The notes under the pieces are model-generated. The model did not search any database. It was not told the origin of the DNA and saw only the letters and a program-made list of their open reading frames with translations. A program made the translations under genes and the position numbers. Source: Chiloscyllium plagiosum (Eukaryota). Taken from it: a DNA stretch of 64,000 nt. This document shows, in pieces, positions 50,383 through 63,733 of this stretch (positions are counted from its first letter, which is position 1; the number at the start of each line of letters is the position of its first letter). Location of the stretch: assembly GCF_004010195.1 (NCBI RefSeq), contig NC_057718.1, positions 86,481,514 through 86,545,513 of the forward strand. The letters run 5' to 3'.

Positions 50383-52744
50383 GTATGTGAGATCAAGTGA
50401 TTTTGAAGAGAAATTGACTGGCATTTGGACTCCCCAATGTAGCAGACACTGTATCAATACTGCTGTATCAAATATATGAAACTTAAATAAGCACAAGCCT
50501 ATCACAGCTTCATTTGGAACCTGTGTTGTCGGGGCCTTGGATGGTGAGGAGGTTAGAAGGACAGATATTGCTTCTGCATTTTCATGGATAAGTGCTTTTA
50601 AAGCAAGAAAGTAGGTTAGAAACTCAACAAGAGAAGAAAGCACACAGAATGAGGGCAAAGAGTATGTTCTAAAATTGTTGAGCTCTGTAGAGCGCCAAGT
50701 TAAACTATCTGTGCTTTCCACTGAGCTTGCACTTTGCACTGGGAAGGGTGGGTGTCTGCTTTACTGAACACTTACATTCAGGCCACATGCATGACCCTGA
50801 GCTTCCTACTGCTGATCATTCATATTTTGCACCTTGCTCACACTCTAATCTTTCTGATCTTGACCCTTATGCTGTTCCAGTGAAACATTACACAAGCTTG
50901 AGGAGTAGCATCTCCGCTTTCGACTTGGCACCCCTGCAACTTTCTGGATTCAACATTTTAAGTTCAACATTTTAGATTACAACTATCCCTGTATCCCTGG
51001 TAAGACAACACTTCTCACTGTACCTCGGTACATGTGACAATAATAAATAAAATAAAATAAAATATCCCCATTTTATTTTGTGAGGCTTTGTTTCGGCAGT
51101 TCAGTCTTTCTTGATTTCCAACCATTAATACCTCATCCGGACATCTGATCATGGTAATCACTACAATGTAATCTTGTGGGGAAAGGCCTTGAAACTATTC
51201 TTTAGACCCTTTGACCTTTTGAACTATGAAATCTTTTGACATTTAATCCCTCTTGCCCATTACCTTATTCCACACTTATCTTTTGTTTGTCTTTCCTATT
51301 CTCCTCTTGCTCAAAATGCACAACATTTCCAACTGATGAAAGGTCTCAGATGTGATATTTTCTTTTCCTCTCCACAAATGCACATGGTAGTGCCATGCTG
51401 AGGGAGTACTAATCCTTTAGCTGGTACATTAAACTGAGACCCTTATTGCGCTGCCTGTTACACTGCTCCAGTTAAATATTTGTGATACTATTGAAAACTA
51501 AGTAGGTATGCCCTTCCAGTAATCCTTCCTGAACAAACTGTTAGTAAATCCAGACGAGTTGGTCATGAACTAGATTCAAGCTATGCACAAAATAAGTGTC
51601 ATGTTTATCTACACAACTTGAGCCATAGTACTTAAAACAAACATATTCCGCATGAAATGCTTTATCCTGTTTCTGAGATTCTGTATACGTGCATTTCATA
51701 TATAATTGTTAAACGTGCAGAAATGGCAACAAGATTCAGCCCTTCAAATCAGCTTTACCCTTCAATATGATCATGACTGGTCACCTACATTAATAAACAT
51801 CTTCTTGAACAATCCCCGCATCTCTCGATTATGTCCTGACAAGTAATTTCCTAACCACAGATAGAAGGATAACTAGTCTGGTCACATGTGTAACCTTCCA
51901 ATCTAAAGAACAGTTTCCAAGGTGAGAGAATTTTGGAAGATATAGTTAGGGCACCAGGAATGTTTTCAGTTTCTTTTAAAACTATGAATAGTTTCTTTGG
52001 AATATCTGACATACTCTATAAATACTATTGTGAAATACATATTAAGCATGTTAGCTAATATTCCCCAATCATTTTATTGGTAATTTAATAATTATCAGTA
52101 TTTAAGGAGCTCTCTTTGCACCTGATCATTTTCTTTCACAAAGCGATTATAAAAGATTTGTGTTGATTTTGACATCCTTTGTCAGTTTCTTGTCATACTG
52201 CTTTTCTTTTGTAGCCTTTGCATGGTTCTCATTTACCAGAACCTACACATTGTTTTTGATTTTTGTCTGCTGCTTCTCTTAGTTTTTGTTGTCTCTGACC
52301 TTTTTAAATATCCATGGATTCCTTTATGGACCTTATCTTTCCCATAAGGTAGTTCTTCCTTAACGTGATGGTTGCATTCTTGTGTAACCTTCACATTATA
52401 GAAAAATCACGCATTAGAAACAGTATTTCAAGTTTTGGCAATGTAATCGCGTTACAGCCAACACATGTTGTAAAAATTCGCCCTTTAGAAAATGTGTCTC
52501 CAATTCACAATTGCATTACAGCAAATTCATGTTAACAAAATATGCATTATAGCAGAACGACTGTAGACTGGTTCTGTAACCTCTCCCACTGATGTGTTAT
52601 TTTACCTATTAACAGATTTACTCCATTCATAGAACAAGTCACCGTTACTTAATTTTGGAATCTCAGTGGGTGCTGCGCATTTCTACCTTTCAAACATTGA
52701 CTGTCACCTTACTTATTTCCTTGCTGTTTGTTTTGAATTATCAT

Positions 52745-53086
52745 CGAAACTCTACAGTGTGGAAACAGGCCCTTTGGCCCAATAAGTCCACACCGGCCCT
52801 CCAAAGACTAACCCACCTAGACCCATTCTCCTACCCAATTACTCTACAGTTAACCCTGACTAATGCACCTCATGTACACACTCCTGAAACTATTGGGCAG
52901 TTTAGGTAGACCAGTTTGCCCTACCCTGCACACCTTCGGATTGTGGAAGGAAACCGGAGCACCCGGAGGAAACCCACGCAAACACAAGGAGAATGTGTAA
53001 ACTCTACACAGACAGTCACCCGAGGCTGGAATTGAACCTGGGTCCCTGGTGTTGTGAGGCAGCGGTGCAAACCACTGAGCCACCGT
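52745..53086 (-). mobile_element. HE1-like SINE
   Basis: Reverse complement begins cacggtggctcagtggtttgcac...ccaggttcaattcc. Confidence 0.85.
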
Positions 53087-53199
53087 GGGTGTTGAGGGAT
53101 AGGGGCTTGCAGTCCAACAGAAAACAAAAAAAGCCCACTGACTCTCCCTCCACATCCACTGTCAGAACGGGCAGGAGGTTCAGTCCTGGGGATGACCCA

Positions 53200-53700
53200 C
53201 AGCAGTGTCACTGGTGGAATCAGATTGTTTGGAGCTCTGGTTGCCCCCGCTGGAGCCTCCGCAAGCTGCAGGAAAGCGTGAACCTCCACCAGCACTCGGG
53301 GCAGGCGAATGGCCTCTCTCCGGTGTGGGCCAGCTGGTGGGCCAGCAGGCAAGAGGAGCGGGTGAACCCCCTCCTGTATTCGCTGTGAACCCACCAGTGC
53401 CTCAGCAGGTTGGAACAGTTGCTGAAGACCTTCCTGGACTTGGGGTATTTGAAGGGGTGGCATGGATAAAGCCCTTCCCACACTCGGAGCAGGAGAACAG
53501 CCTTTCCCTGGTGTGACTGCTCCGATGAGCCTCCAGGACAGATGGGAAACAGAAGCCTTTCCCACAGTCGTCCCACTTCCACGGTTTCTCCGGGTTCTCC
53601 ATGGGCGAAGCTTCAGCTGCCTGCAGACATATGTACAACCCCTCCCTGCTGTGAATTCTTCTTTCCAGGCTATATAACTGTTTTGTGCCCCACATTCAGT
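53200..53700 (-). pseudogene. Degenerate intronless C2H2 zinc-finger relic, antisense within LRP11 intron 5
   Basis: EKPWKWDDCGKGF...HRSSHTRERLFSCSECGKGF and HQLAHTGERPFACPEC in different frames; frameshifts and lost Cys/His. Confidence 0.85.
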
Positions 53701-55171
53701 GTGCTGTAACAGTAGGGTGTCTCATCCAGTCCCACTGATGCTGAAAATACTGCAATAACCTTTTCAGCTTAGCACCCACCTCCCACTTACCAGTTTAAAG
53801 TCCATGATAGTGCCCTGTTTATCCCTTCTGCTATGGCCCTGCTCCCAGCCTGGAGGTGGAGCTTATCCCAGTTATCTTGATCCTTGTGCTAGTATCCATG
53901 AAAAGGAACCCAGCTGTCCCAAACCATATCTTTAGTCACATGTTCACTTCCCTGATATGTTTTCTCCCTAGTTCAGCTTGCGTGCTACTTGAGTAATGCT
54001 ATATGCCTTGAGGCCTTCAATTTAGCGCCTTGTCCCTGGCAGTCCTGCTAATCCTTAATATAGTTGGATCTAATAAAGATGGATTTTCCCACACACTCTC
54101 CAATACCTATTCAGTTCAGTTTGAGCTGTCCTTGGCACCATGAAGCCTCTAAACCATGTGTAACACTTTATCCCATTTACAAATGATGCTGTCTGTCCCT
54201 TTAAGTATCCATTTCCCATAATCACTAAGCTTTTCCCTTCCTCCCATTTTTATGGCTGCGTCCTGCTCCAGGTGTCATTGCCTACATTTACACAGTCCCT
54301 CCAACAATCTGTCAATGATCTCTTTGCAGCAATTCTCGTCGACTTAGGTAATGCAAACCTCTGCTGTCCATATCGTATCTTTTATCAAGTCCTGCACGCC
54401 CTGTGTTTGCTGATTTACACTGAGTTCTCATTTGTAAATATCTCATCCTTGATTTCAAATCTATCTCTATAACCTCCTCCAACCTACAATCCTCAAAGAA
54501 CACTGTGTTCTTTCAATTGTGACACTTTTTTTAACCCCCAGTTTCTTTTGCCCTTTATTGATGGCCATATCTCTGCTGTCTAAAACCTAAGCTCCCAAAT
54601 TCCCTCCCTAAACCTCTTCATCTTGATGTATATATGTCTCCTCCTTTATTAGCTACCTTTTTGATCAACATTCATAGGACATGGACGTCACTGTTATTGC
54701 CCTTCCCTAATTGTCCAAATTGCTGTAAGCCTGGAGTCATATTTAGGCCAAACCAGGTAAGGGAAGGTGGTTTCCTTCCTTGATGGGCATTAGAACATAG
54801 AATAGTACAGCACAGTACAGGCCCTTCGTGTTGTGCCAGCCTTCTATCCTACTAGATGGGTTTGTCCAACAATGGATTCAGTCATCATTAGCCTCTTAAT
54901 TCCAAATTTTTTGTAGATTCAAATTCCATCATCTGTTGCGGCGGGATTTGAACCCGGGTTCCCAGAATATTACCTGGATCCCTTGATTAGCAGGCCAGCA
55001 ATAATGCCAGTAATCCAGCACCTCCCCCCCCCCCCCCCCAACCCCTTAACCCTTTATTTACCTCTCCTTATGAGGCTCAGTGTCAGTTTTTATCTGATAA
55101 GGTGCATCTGTCAAGTGCTGTGGCTTTACCACATTAACTATGATACATCAATGCCAGGTTTTTTCTTGCAG

Positions 55172-55342
55172 AGTATTGCTTGGTTCCTCCTGCCCCAGGT
55201 CCGTGCGAGGGCCACTTCCCTCGCTGGTATTTTGATAGTGTCTCAAAGACCTGCAGACACTTCATCTATAGTGGGTGCCAGGGCAATCGGAATAACTTTC
55301 TACAGGAGCTGGATTGTAAAAATGGATGCACAGGAGTCCAAG
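55172..55342 (+). CDS. LRP11: LRP11 exon 6: Kunitz/BPTI domain
   Basis: Acceptor ttttcttgcag|AG; EYCLVPPAPGPCEGHFPRWYFDSVSKTCRHFIYSGCQGNRNNFLQELDCKNGCTGVQ with six canonically spaced Cys; donor CAAG|GTAAAC; 171 nt, phase 1 to 1. Confidence 0.9.
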
Positions 55343-57519
55343 GTAAACACAGCAAACCCAAGTGCAGTTGTCATGATTTTATTCTTCAGAAATGATGGTG
55401 TGCGTGTAAACACTATAAACGTTTGATTCCAGAAACAAGCTCAGTCAAAACACTGCCTTAGTGATGAATGAGAAAAGAGTTTTTGTTTCTATAGTGTCTT
55501 CTACAAGCTAAGGACATCCCAAAGTGCCCCATAGTTGGACACTTTTTGAAGTGTAATAACTGTTGTAATGCCAATTTTCACACAGCTAGCTCTGACAAGC
55601 AATAATGGCTAGGTGATCTAGGTTTGATGTTTTAGCGCGAGGTACATTAGTGGTCTTTAGATGGGGACAACTCTCCTGCTCTTCTCAGAGTAATGCTGTG
55701 ATTTTTCATCTCCACAAAACCGAATAGACAGGCCATAGCTTTAACCTCTCAAAAGCCAAGTACCACAGATGCTGGAAAGCTGAAATAAATTTGAGAATCT
55801 CAGCAGGTCTGGCAGGATCTATGGAGAGAGAATGAGAGTTAACATATTGAGTCCAGTGTGGACTGTAATAAGAATATAATTTATAACAGCAAGAGTTATA
55901 CAGCCCATTGAGGGTCTGATGCCAGTCAATAAAATCATAACTGATATTTGGCCTGGATTCCATTTGACCTTTACATTCATACACAGCTCAAAATGAGAAC
56001 TGTATTTCTTTCTCCACAGGTGTTCTTAGACCTGCTAAGTTTCTATATCATTTGCTTATTCCTTGGTTTAGCTGCTCGTCTGAAGGTCTTCTCTCCCTCA
56101 GTACTGCACTGGAGTTCTAAGATATGTGTGCTGCTCTCCAGAGGGGCAGTACAATCTACAGCTTTCTGAAGCAGAGCCAAGAACTGTACTTCTGAGCCAG
56201 GGCTGACACAGTTGAACCAGTAGGGTTTGTTTCAGTGTGTGATAGCTATTGAAGGACAAACTGAGGGCAGTGCACTATTAGAAGTCGAGGAACTCTCAGT
56301 AGAAATATGGGATACTCGCCTGTTAAATTCCACTCTGTCCTACACACTCTGCTCTGCACGTACTCCTGTTCAATTTTTTTCACTGAGGATCATTCTTTTT
56401 TGTTTTGGTTGCCCTGGGACTGGCCTGTGGGAGGCCCCGGCCCTGTATATCTCCATCCCCGCTCCATTTCGGGAGCCGGCATCTGAAGACGAGTCAGAGT
56501 CCTTTCAGTCGGCTCAGAGCCAGGACCCATCAGTCGATGTCCAACATTGGAGAAGGTGCGGGACCTACGCAGTGTGACCATCTCAAGCTTGGAGGCAGCA
56601 GATGTGGAAGCAATAGCACTGGTGGAGGCAGGAAAGGAGCACATTGCCAGGATCCCGGGCACAACGTTGGACACCAGCAACTAGAGGAACAGCGAGGGTG
56701 AAATCTACGGAAACGAAAGCTGTTTCAGTTTTAGTAATACCAATTTAATATGAATTTATTCAGTGTTTTACCATTTATGCAATTTAATCAGTAATTTATT
56801 CTGTAATCCAAGATGGCGCCAGAACATGGCGACATTATCCACTTTTCACTGTACCCTAGGTACAAATGACAATATATTAAATAAATAAATAAACCAGTCT
56901 ATGGAATTCTCCAACTTAGAGGATTGTAGGTGCACAATTGTTGAACATATTCAAGGCTGAGATTGACTTCAAGGGAATGAAGGCTTTTAAAGGTAAAGTG
57001 AAGTCGAGACCAAATACCGGCTCAATGGCTCACTTGACTCTTGCTGTTATACATCACATTCTTATATGTCTTTTTCCTGCTGACCTTCCCGATAACAGTT
57101 TGCTCTGCCCTATTCAGACTCCCAGTATTCCCTGGATATTGTTTCACTGACCCCATGGCCAAAGGAAACAATTCGACTCACTTGTTCCTCCTAAACAAAC
57201 ACCAAGGAACGGGTAACACTGCTTTTACTTCTCCTTACTAGAAGTTCACGGTGACAGCTCTGGATATAGGGACATCTTACCATCTCCTGATCAACCTTCC
57301 CTTTTCAATAACCATCATCAAAGATGGATGAACTGTTTATATGTTTGTACTTGGTTATTGGGACTTTGTTGCATGCACATGATTGCTGTGTGTTTGCCTG
57401 AAATACAATGACTGCAGTTCTAAAAATATATTTCTCACATTTGTAGTCCTTTTGGATGACCAGTAGATCTGGAAAGTACGATATAAATTCACATTCTTTC
57501 TATTTTTCTACTATAAAAC

Positions 57520-58430
57520 CATAAGACTTAAAAGCAGAAGTAAACAATTTGGCCCATCAAATCCACTACACCATTCAGTGAGATTGTGGCTAACGTGATC
57601 ATCCTTAAGGCCACTTCCTTGCCTTATCCCCATAATGATTAGAAATCTGTATGTCTCAGCCTTAGAATTCAGCTTCAACAGCCCTCTGCAGTAAAGAATT
57701 CCACAGATTCACCACCCCCTGAGAGAAGAAATTCCTCTTCATCTGTATCTTAAATGGGATAAGCCCTTACTCTGAGATTATTATCTGATCCTTGACTCTC
57801 CCACAAGGTGAAATCACCTTTCTGCTAGTACCCTGTTGAGCTCCCTAAAGATTAATATGTTTTAGTAAAGCCATCCCTCATTCTTCTGAAGTCCAGTGAG
57901 TACAAACCCAATTACTTCACATCACATTTTAAAAAAAAAAATCCCTCTATACCCAGGATCAACCCAGTGAACCTTCTCTGGATTGCATACAATAACAGTG
58001 GATCTTTCCTTAAACGAAAGCTCTTCACAATATTCCAGCTGTAGTCTAACTAATGTTTGATGTAGTTTTAACAAGACTTCCCTATTTTTATTCTGGATTA
58101 GTGGTGCTGGAAGAGCACAGCAGTTCAGGCAGCATCCAGCATCTGCAATCATTGTTTTTCCCTATTTTTATACCCACTCCCTTTGAAATAAAAGCAGTCA
58201 TGCCATTTGCCTTTTTTTATTACCTGCTGAACATGGATGCTAACTTTTTGTGATTTGTGCACGAGGACCCCCAAATCCCTTTCTGCTACAGCTTTCTGCA
58301 ATTATGCTCATTGAAGTAATATTCACCTCTTCTACTCTTCCTGCCAAAGTGTGTCACTTCATATTTTCCCACATTGTATTCCATTTGCCAAATTTTGCTC
58401 ACGCACTTAATCTGTCTATATGACTCAGTA
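57520..58430 (-). mobile_element. Old CR1 LINE 3' fragment with a small Penelope-like insertion
   Basis: REVLLKLHQTLVRLQLEYC remnant. Confidence 0.7.
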
Positions 58431-58711
58431 GACTCTATTTCTGCTTTCCATCTCTCTGCATTTCATTTCCTTTGTGTGCGTCTGCCTCTCTCTCTCCATC
58501 TCTTTAATTTCTATTTATTATATGAAGCACCTAAAGACTTGCCAACATGATGCCAGTCAGACCTCATATCAGGGTTTTATTGTGTTTTTCACTCTTGCTA
58601 ATACATTACCTGTTCTCCTAATTGTTGTTTCAATCCAGCCAGCAATAGCAAAGAGGGATCCTGTCTAGGTTGGCATGCCCTGTTTGAGTTTGTTTTTCAA
58701 TGTTTGTTCAG

Positions 58712-58813
58712 GTGATAACCCTTTAGAGACAAGCACAGTGGAAACAAGTGAAGCTGATGTTCTGATGTCTAAGATCAGCCATGGAAGAGGAATTCACCCA
58801 GTCCCAGAGTCAG
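58712..58813 (+). CDS. LRP11: LRP11 exon 7: juxtamembrane stalk
   Basis: Acceptor tttgttcag|GT; GDNPLETSTVETSEADVLMSKISHGRGIHPVPES (compare recalled human HPAPET); donor TCAG|GTCAGT; 102 nt, phase 1 to 1. Confidence 0.9.
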
Positions 58814-59702
58814 GTCAGTCATTTGTGTGTTTATTTTTACCAGGTGATTCTAGTGAAATCCAACTCCCAGTGCAATTTTACAATCAACTGGAGTTTCCAG
58901 TGAAGGCCAGCACCCCCAATTCTCCAGGAAACACTAGCGTTGAGTGAGATTTCCTTTCCTAAAGTCTCCTTTTGTTTAATAGTTGAAGGCTGAACACAGT
59001 CAAGAAATATTGAACGAGAGAGAAGGGGTGGGGATGGGATGTGTGCATGTTGGGGTAGGGGTCATAGAATCATACAGCACAGGAACAGACCCTTCAGTCC
59101 AACCAATCCGTGCCAAACATAATCCCAAACTAAACTAGTCCCTCCTGCTCCTGGCCCATATTCTTCCAAACCTTTCCTATCCATGTACTTATCAGAATGT
59201 GTCTTAAACTGATGAATATGATTTCAAGATCACGTACAGTATTAATGGATCAGAGTCCGACTGGGAAGAATGGAAACATGTTAGCATTTACAACACCATG
59301 TATTTCTACTAACTTTATTATCCCAAAGTGTTTTATAATAAGCAGACCTGAAATTCCAAAGGATACGGGTATCTTGGCATAAAGAATGGGCAGCAGTTTG
59401 AGCAGGAACGATGCAATTTAACTAAATAACCAGACAGAAAATCATAGAACTGCAGCATAATTTTTTTTTAGAACCACACTTACAAGTGTTTATTTACTGA
59501 AGCACATCATAAACATGGACCTCAAAGCCCAGCAGTCACAGTTTCTGTCTGCCCCTGTGCACAAGATTGATTAGAAAATAATCTGACCTTTCATACCTTT
59601 TACCCCAGCCTCTGTCTGTACTCCATTCCCCCAGCCCCATGTTCCTAAAGCTGAGGCTGTGTAAGGCAGAGTGCTGACCATTTCACTGAACTTGCCTGAC
59701 AG

Positions 59703-59857
59703 GTGCTGTGCTACCCCTGGCCCTGGGGCTTGCTATCACCGCCTTGCTCCTGCTGATGATTGGCTGCCGGCTGCAGTTGGTGAGGCACAGACTGAAGAAG
59801 CTCCGCCCCATAACATCGGAGGAGTCGGACTACCTGATAAATGGCATGTACCTGTGA
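59703..59857 (+). CDS. LRP11: LRP11 exon 8: transmembrane helix, cytoplasmic tail and stop
   Basis: Acceptor cctgacag|GT; GAVLPLALGLAITALLLLMIGCRLQLVRHRLKKLRPITSEESDYLINGMYL*, nearly identical to the recalled human LRP11 C-terminus. Confidence 0.97.
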
Positions 59858-60712
59858 GCCAGAAATGGTGCCTCTTAATAACAATCACCGTAGCAGTGTG
59901 CTTCTCGATGTAAAACAATTCAATATGCTTGTGTGTGTTTGTCCGAATCAATATGTGGAGCGCAGTAGAACCCTTTGATCTTATTACTTCCCGGTCACAC
60001 AGGTATATCTGGCAAGTCCTGGGCGTACTTAAAAACAAAGCACAGTTTTCAGACCAAGCCAGTACTGTTGCCATAATGATTGACTACTACATGGCTGTCT
60101 CTAAGATTGGTGGTCAATCGAGAAATTTTAATTCTTCACCTTGCTGTGAAACATCTAAACAAGTCAACTTCTGCTGCAGTCTCACGTGCTGAATAAGGTT
60201 TGTGCTGTCTGACAGGAAGTCTGACTATCCTAACAAACTGTTCTGTGAGGTCCCCCTACTGTGTGATCCTGTGGTGGGTTGGCACTGGGTGAATTCTTGA
60301 CCCCCTCGCTCCCTGAGGAAGCTGCATTTCCTCCCTGTCTGGGGACAGGTTTCTGTTTCCCCTTCTTAATTGCCCTGTGAGCAGTTTCCACCTTCCCCCT
60401 GTCCAATAATTTCAATGTAAAGTTGTGCCAGTGTTTGTCCCACTCGCTGTGTAGTTTCTGGGTCTCTTATCCTGGAGACATTTAATAACAGTCATAAAGT
60501 AAGCAGCAAAATTGCAGAATATCAGGGCTGAACTGATGATAAAATGCACCATTGGAGAAATTCCTAGCCTAGAAGGACAGCACTCAGCCTATTGAGTGTG
60601 TTAGTTTAGTATAATATATTGTTGCAAACTGTTAAACTTTATAAAATTGGAAGAGTTGCCTTTTCAAAGATTCCACTGAATACCAACAGTTCTTGACTCC
60701 TGGTTCATCTCT

Positions 60713-60718
60713 AATAAA
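60713..60718 (+). terminator. LRP11: Candidate LRP11 polyadenylation signal
   Basis: AATAAA about 860 nt after the stop codon; motif only. Confidence 0.35.
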
Positions 60719-62617
60719 TGGCATTTACCCAGTGTGACTCTGGATTTGATTATCCAACATTATTACTTTATCTCATGCATTGTAATAATGACCACCCAAA
60801 TAACCTGGTGTGATGATATTGATTGACGGATATGCATTGGTCAGGTCCCTGGGAAACACTTATGCTGTTCTTTGAAATAGTCCAAGTGGATCCTTTTACA
60901 TCCATTTGGAAAGGAAGGCTTCAATTTATTGCCTCATCAAAAAAAAACACTTCCAACCGTGCAGTATTTCATTGACTGTGCACTGAATTGCCAGCTCAGA
61001 TCATGTCCTAATGTCTTTGCATTGGGACGAAGGAAAGACAACACTGCATGCAGTTAGGATAGTGCCCAGAGGAGGAAGAATGAAGATGTTGGGCATCATG
61101 AATGAGACAAGCAAGAAGGAATGTTAGAAGAAATTTTGCTCAATCTACATTCAAGGTACTTTACATTCATATGGTTTAGTTAACCTTCCTTGCCAAAATT
61201 ATGTCTATTGTATGGAAGGAAAGATTTGAGTGAGTTCAGGGGTTTAAAGCATTTCACGTTTAGCTGACCTTGAATCAGGTAGCACTGGTGTCACCCTACT
61301 GCTAATTGAGCCAGTGAGATCGATATGCAGAGGTCACAGCAATGTCACATACAGAAGACGTTATGAACTCAGTGCCTGAAAGGTTAGCACAGTGGAGGAA
61401 AATTACCCTTCAACCATTTGTTCCTATTCAGCATCAGTAAGGCAAGAGATCTATGCAGTGTCTTTAAAATGTAAATGTTTCAGGCATTGCAGATAATATC
61501 AAAGGGTAAATCTTGTAGTGTGTACTGGGATCATTTATGCACTAAACTAGATATGGAGATCAGTTTCCCTTCCCTGAACGAGTTTACGTTCATTTTAACA
61601 TGCAAAATTGACAAATTTTCAGGTAATTTTACCTGGTGCTAGCCCACAGATAACCATATCCAATTTACCAAGGGCTTTGAACTGTCAGTCTCTATGGAGG
61701 AGCACTCCAAGACCATAATTACTACGATTTTAGAAGATTGAAGGCCCAATAACAATAGCTGCAGAACAGATTACAGGTCAAAAAATAAGAATAGTTTGTA
61801 CGATAGGTACTGCGATAATCATGACAACTTTGTATGCTTGTATCACTAAAGCCGGTTTGGGGGGTGGGTGGGGCTGGAGGCAGTAATGTTTCTAGCTTTA
61901 TTTGAAATTCATTTATCTCAAAACCTAATGGAACAAATTTCCATGAAGCTTGGCACATCAGTGTGCTGTGGCCTCAGGAAGAGCTGGTTTGTTGTGGGCA
62001 GGAATGTTTTTTTTAAAGGAGTCTCTAGTATTGGGAGATAGGGCAAATTGACATGGTTTCAGAATTATGGATTGTCTTAGCTGAAATGGTGGAACTTGTT
62101 AGTAGTCAAAATATGTACAGATATTTCACAGCAGGTTGTTTGATGTGGATTGGTCTGCAAGCTCCTGATAGAAATGTTTCTTGTTTTCAACTGTGTAGTT
62201 ACAGAGCATCAACCACAAGGAAAATCCTTAAGCCACTGTGTACTGCTTTGATGGCCCTACTTAAGAAAGGATATAATTGCAGTAGAAGCAGTTCAGAGAA
62301 GGTTGACACCATTTATTCCTGGGATGATTCTTATGAAGAAAGGCTGAATAGTGTTGGCTTATACCCGTTCAGGTTCAGAAGAAACTTACATATTTTAATA
62401 AGATCAAAAAAGTAAGATCAAATGGGGACTTGACAGAGTTATACAGCAAGGAAACAGACACTTCAGTCAAACTCATCCATGCCAACACATATCCTAAACT
62501 GATCAAGCCCCATTTGCCAATATCCTTTTACATGGTGAACATGAAGAGGATTCCCGATGGGGGGAGTTCGAGAACTATGAGATGTGGTTTAAAAATTATG
62601 GGTGTTCCCTTTTTAAG

Positions 62618-63733
62618 CCTGCTCTTATATTCAATGCTCTGACCAATAAAAGAAAGCATACTAAACACTTTCTTCAATATCCTATCTACCTGAGACTGCA
62701 CTTTCAAGGAACTATGAACCTGCACTCCAAGGTCTCGTTGTTCAGCAACGCTCCCCAGGACCTTACCATTAAGTGTATAAGTTCTGCCCTTATTTGCCTT
62801 TTCACAATGCAGCACCTCACATTTATCTAAATTAAACTCCATCTGCCATTCCTTGGCCCATTTGATCAAGATCCTGGTGTACTGTGAGGTGACCTTCTTC
62901 ACTGTCCATTACACCTCCAATTTTGGTGTCATCTGCAAATTTACTAACTATACCTCCAATGTTCACAACCAAATCATTTATATAAATGACGAACAGCAGT
63001 AGATTCAGCGCCGATCCTTGTGGCACACCACTGGTCACAGGCCTCCAGTCTGAAAAGCACCCTCTATCACCAACCTGTGCTCTAGTTTCAAGCCAGTTTT
63101 GTATCCAAATGGCTACTTCTCCCTGTATTCCATGTGATCTAACCTTGTTAACCAGTCTACCATGAGGAAACTTGTCGAACGTTGACATATTGCAGTTGTA
63201 GAGGACATTGGTTAATCGACTTTTGGAATATTGTGTGCAATTCTGTCTCCTTCCTGAAACTTGAAAGGGTTCAGAAAAGATTTACAAGGATGTTGCCAGG
63301 GTTGGAGGATTTGAGCTATTGGGAGAGGCTGAATAGGGTGGGCTGTTTTCCCTGGAGTGTCAGAGGCTGAGGGGTGACCTCATAGAGGTTTATAAAATTA
63401 TGAGGGACATGGATAGAGTAAATAGACAAAGTCTTTACCCTGGGTGGGGGAGTCCAGAACTAGAGCACATAGGTTTAGGGTGAGAGGGAAAGATTTAAAA
63501 GGGACCTAAAGGGCAGCTTTTTCACACAGAGGGTGGTGCATGTATGGAATGAGCTGCCAGAGCAAATGGTGGAGACTGGCACAATTACAACATTTAAAAG
63601 CTATCTGGATAGGAAGGGTTTAGAGTGATATGGGTTAAGTGCTGGCAAATGAGACTCTTTAATGTAGGATATCTGGTCAGCATGGACAAGTTGGACCGAA
63701 GGGTCTGTTTCCATGCTGTACTTCTCTATGACT
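62618..63733. mobile_element. CR1 LINE with an inverted 5' segment (minus 62618-63181, plus 63182-63733)
   Basis: Minus: FDKFPHGRL...GVPQGS...FADDTK...QSIEYKS. Plus: continues with a degenerate LQL.RTLV...LLEYCVQ...LERVQKRFTRML and the 3' tail. Confidence 0.85.

Noticed and set aside
26057..59857. Calling the gene SPINT1/HAI-1 because of MANSC + LDLa + Kunitz
   Set aside because: The PKD, LDLa, TM and ITSEESDYLINGMYL tail match LRP11, there is only one Kunitz domain, and the IYD neighbour fits LRP11.
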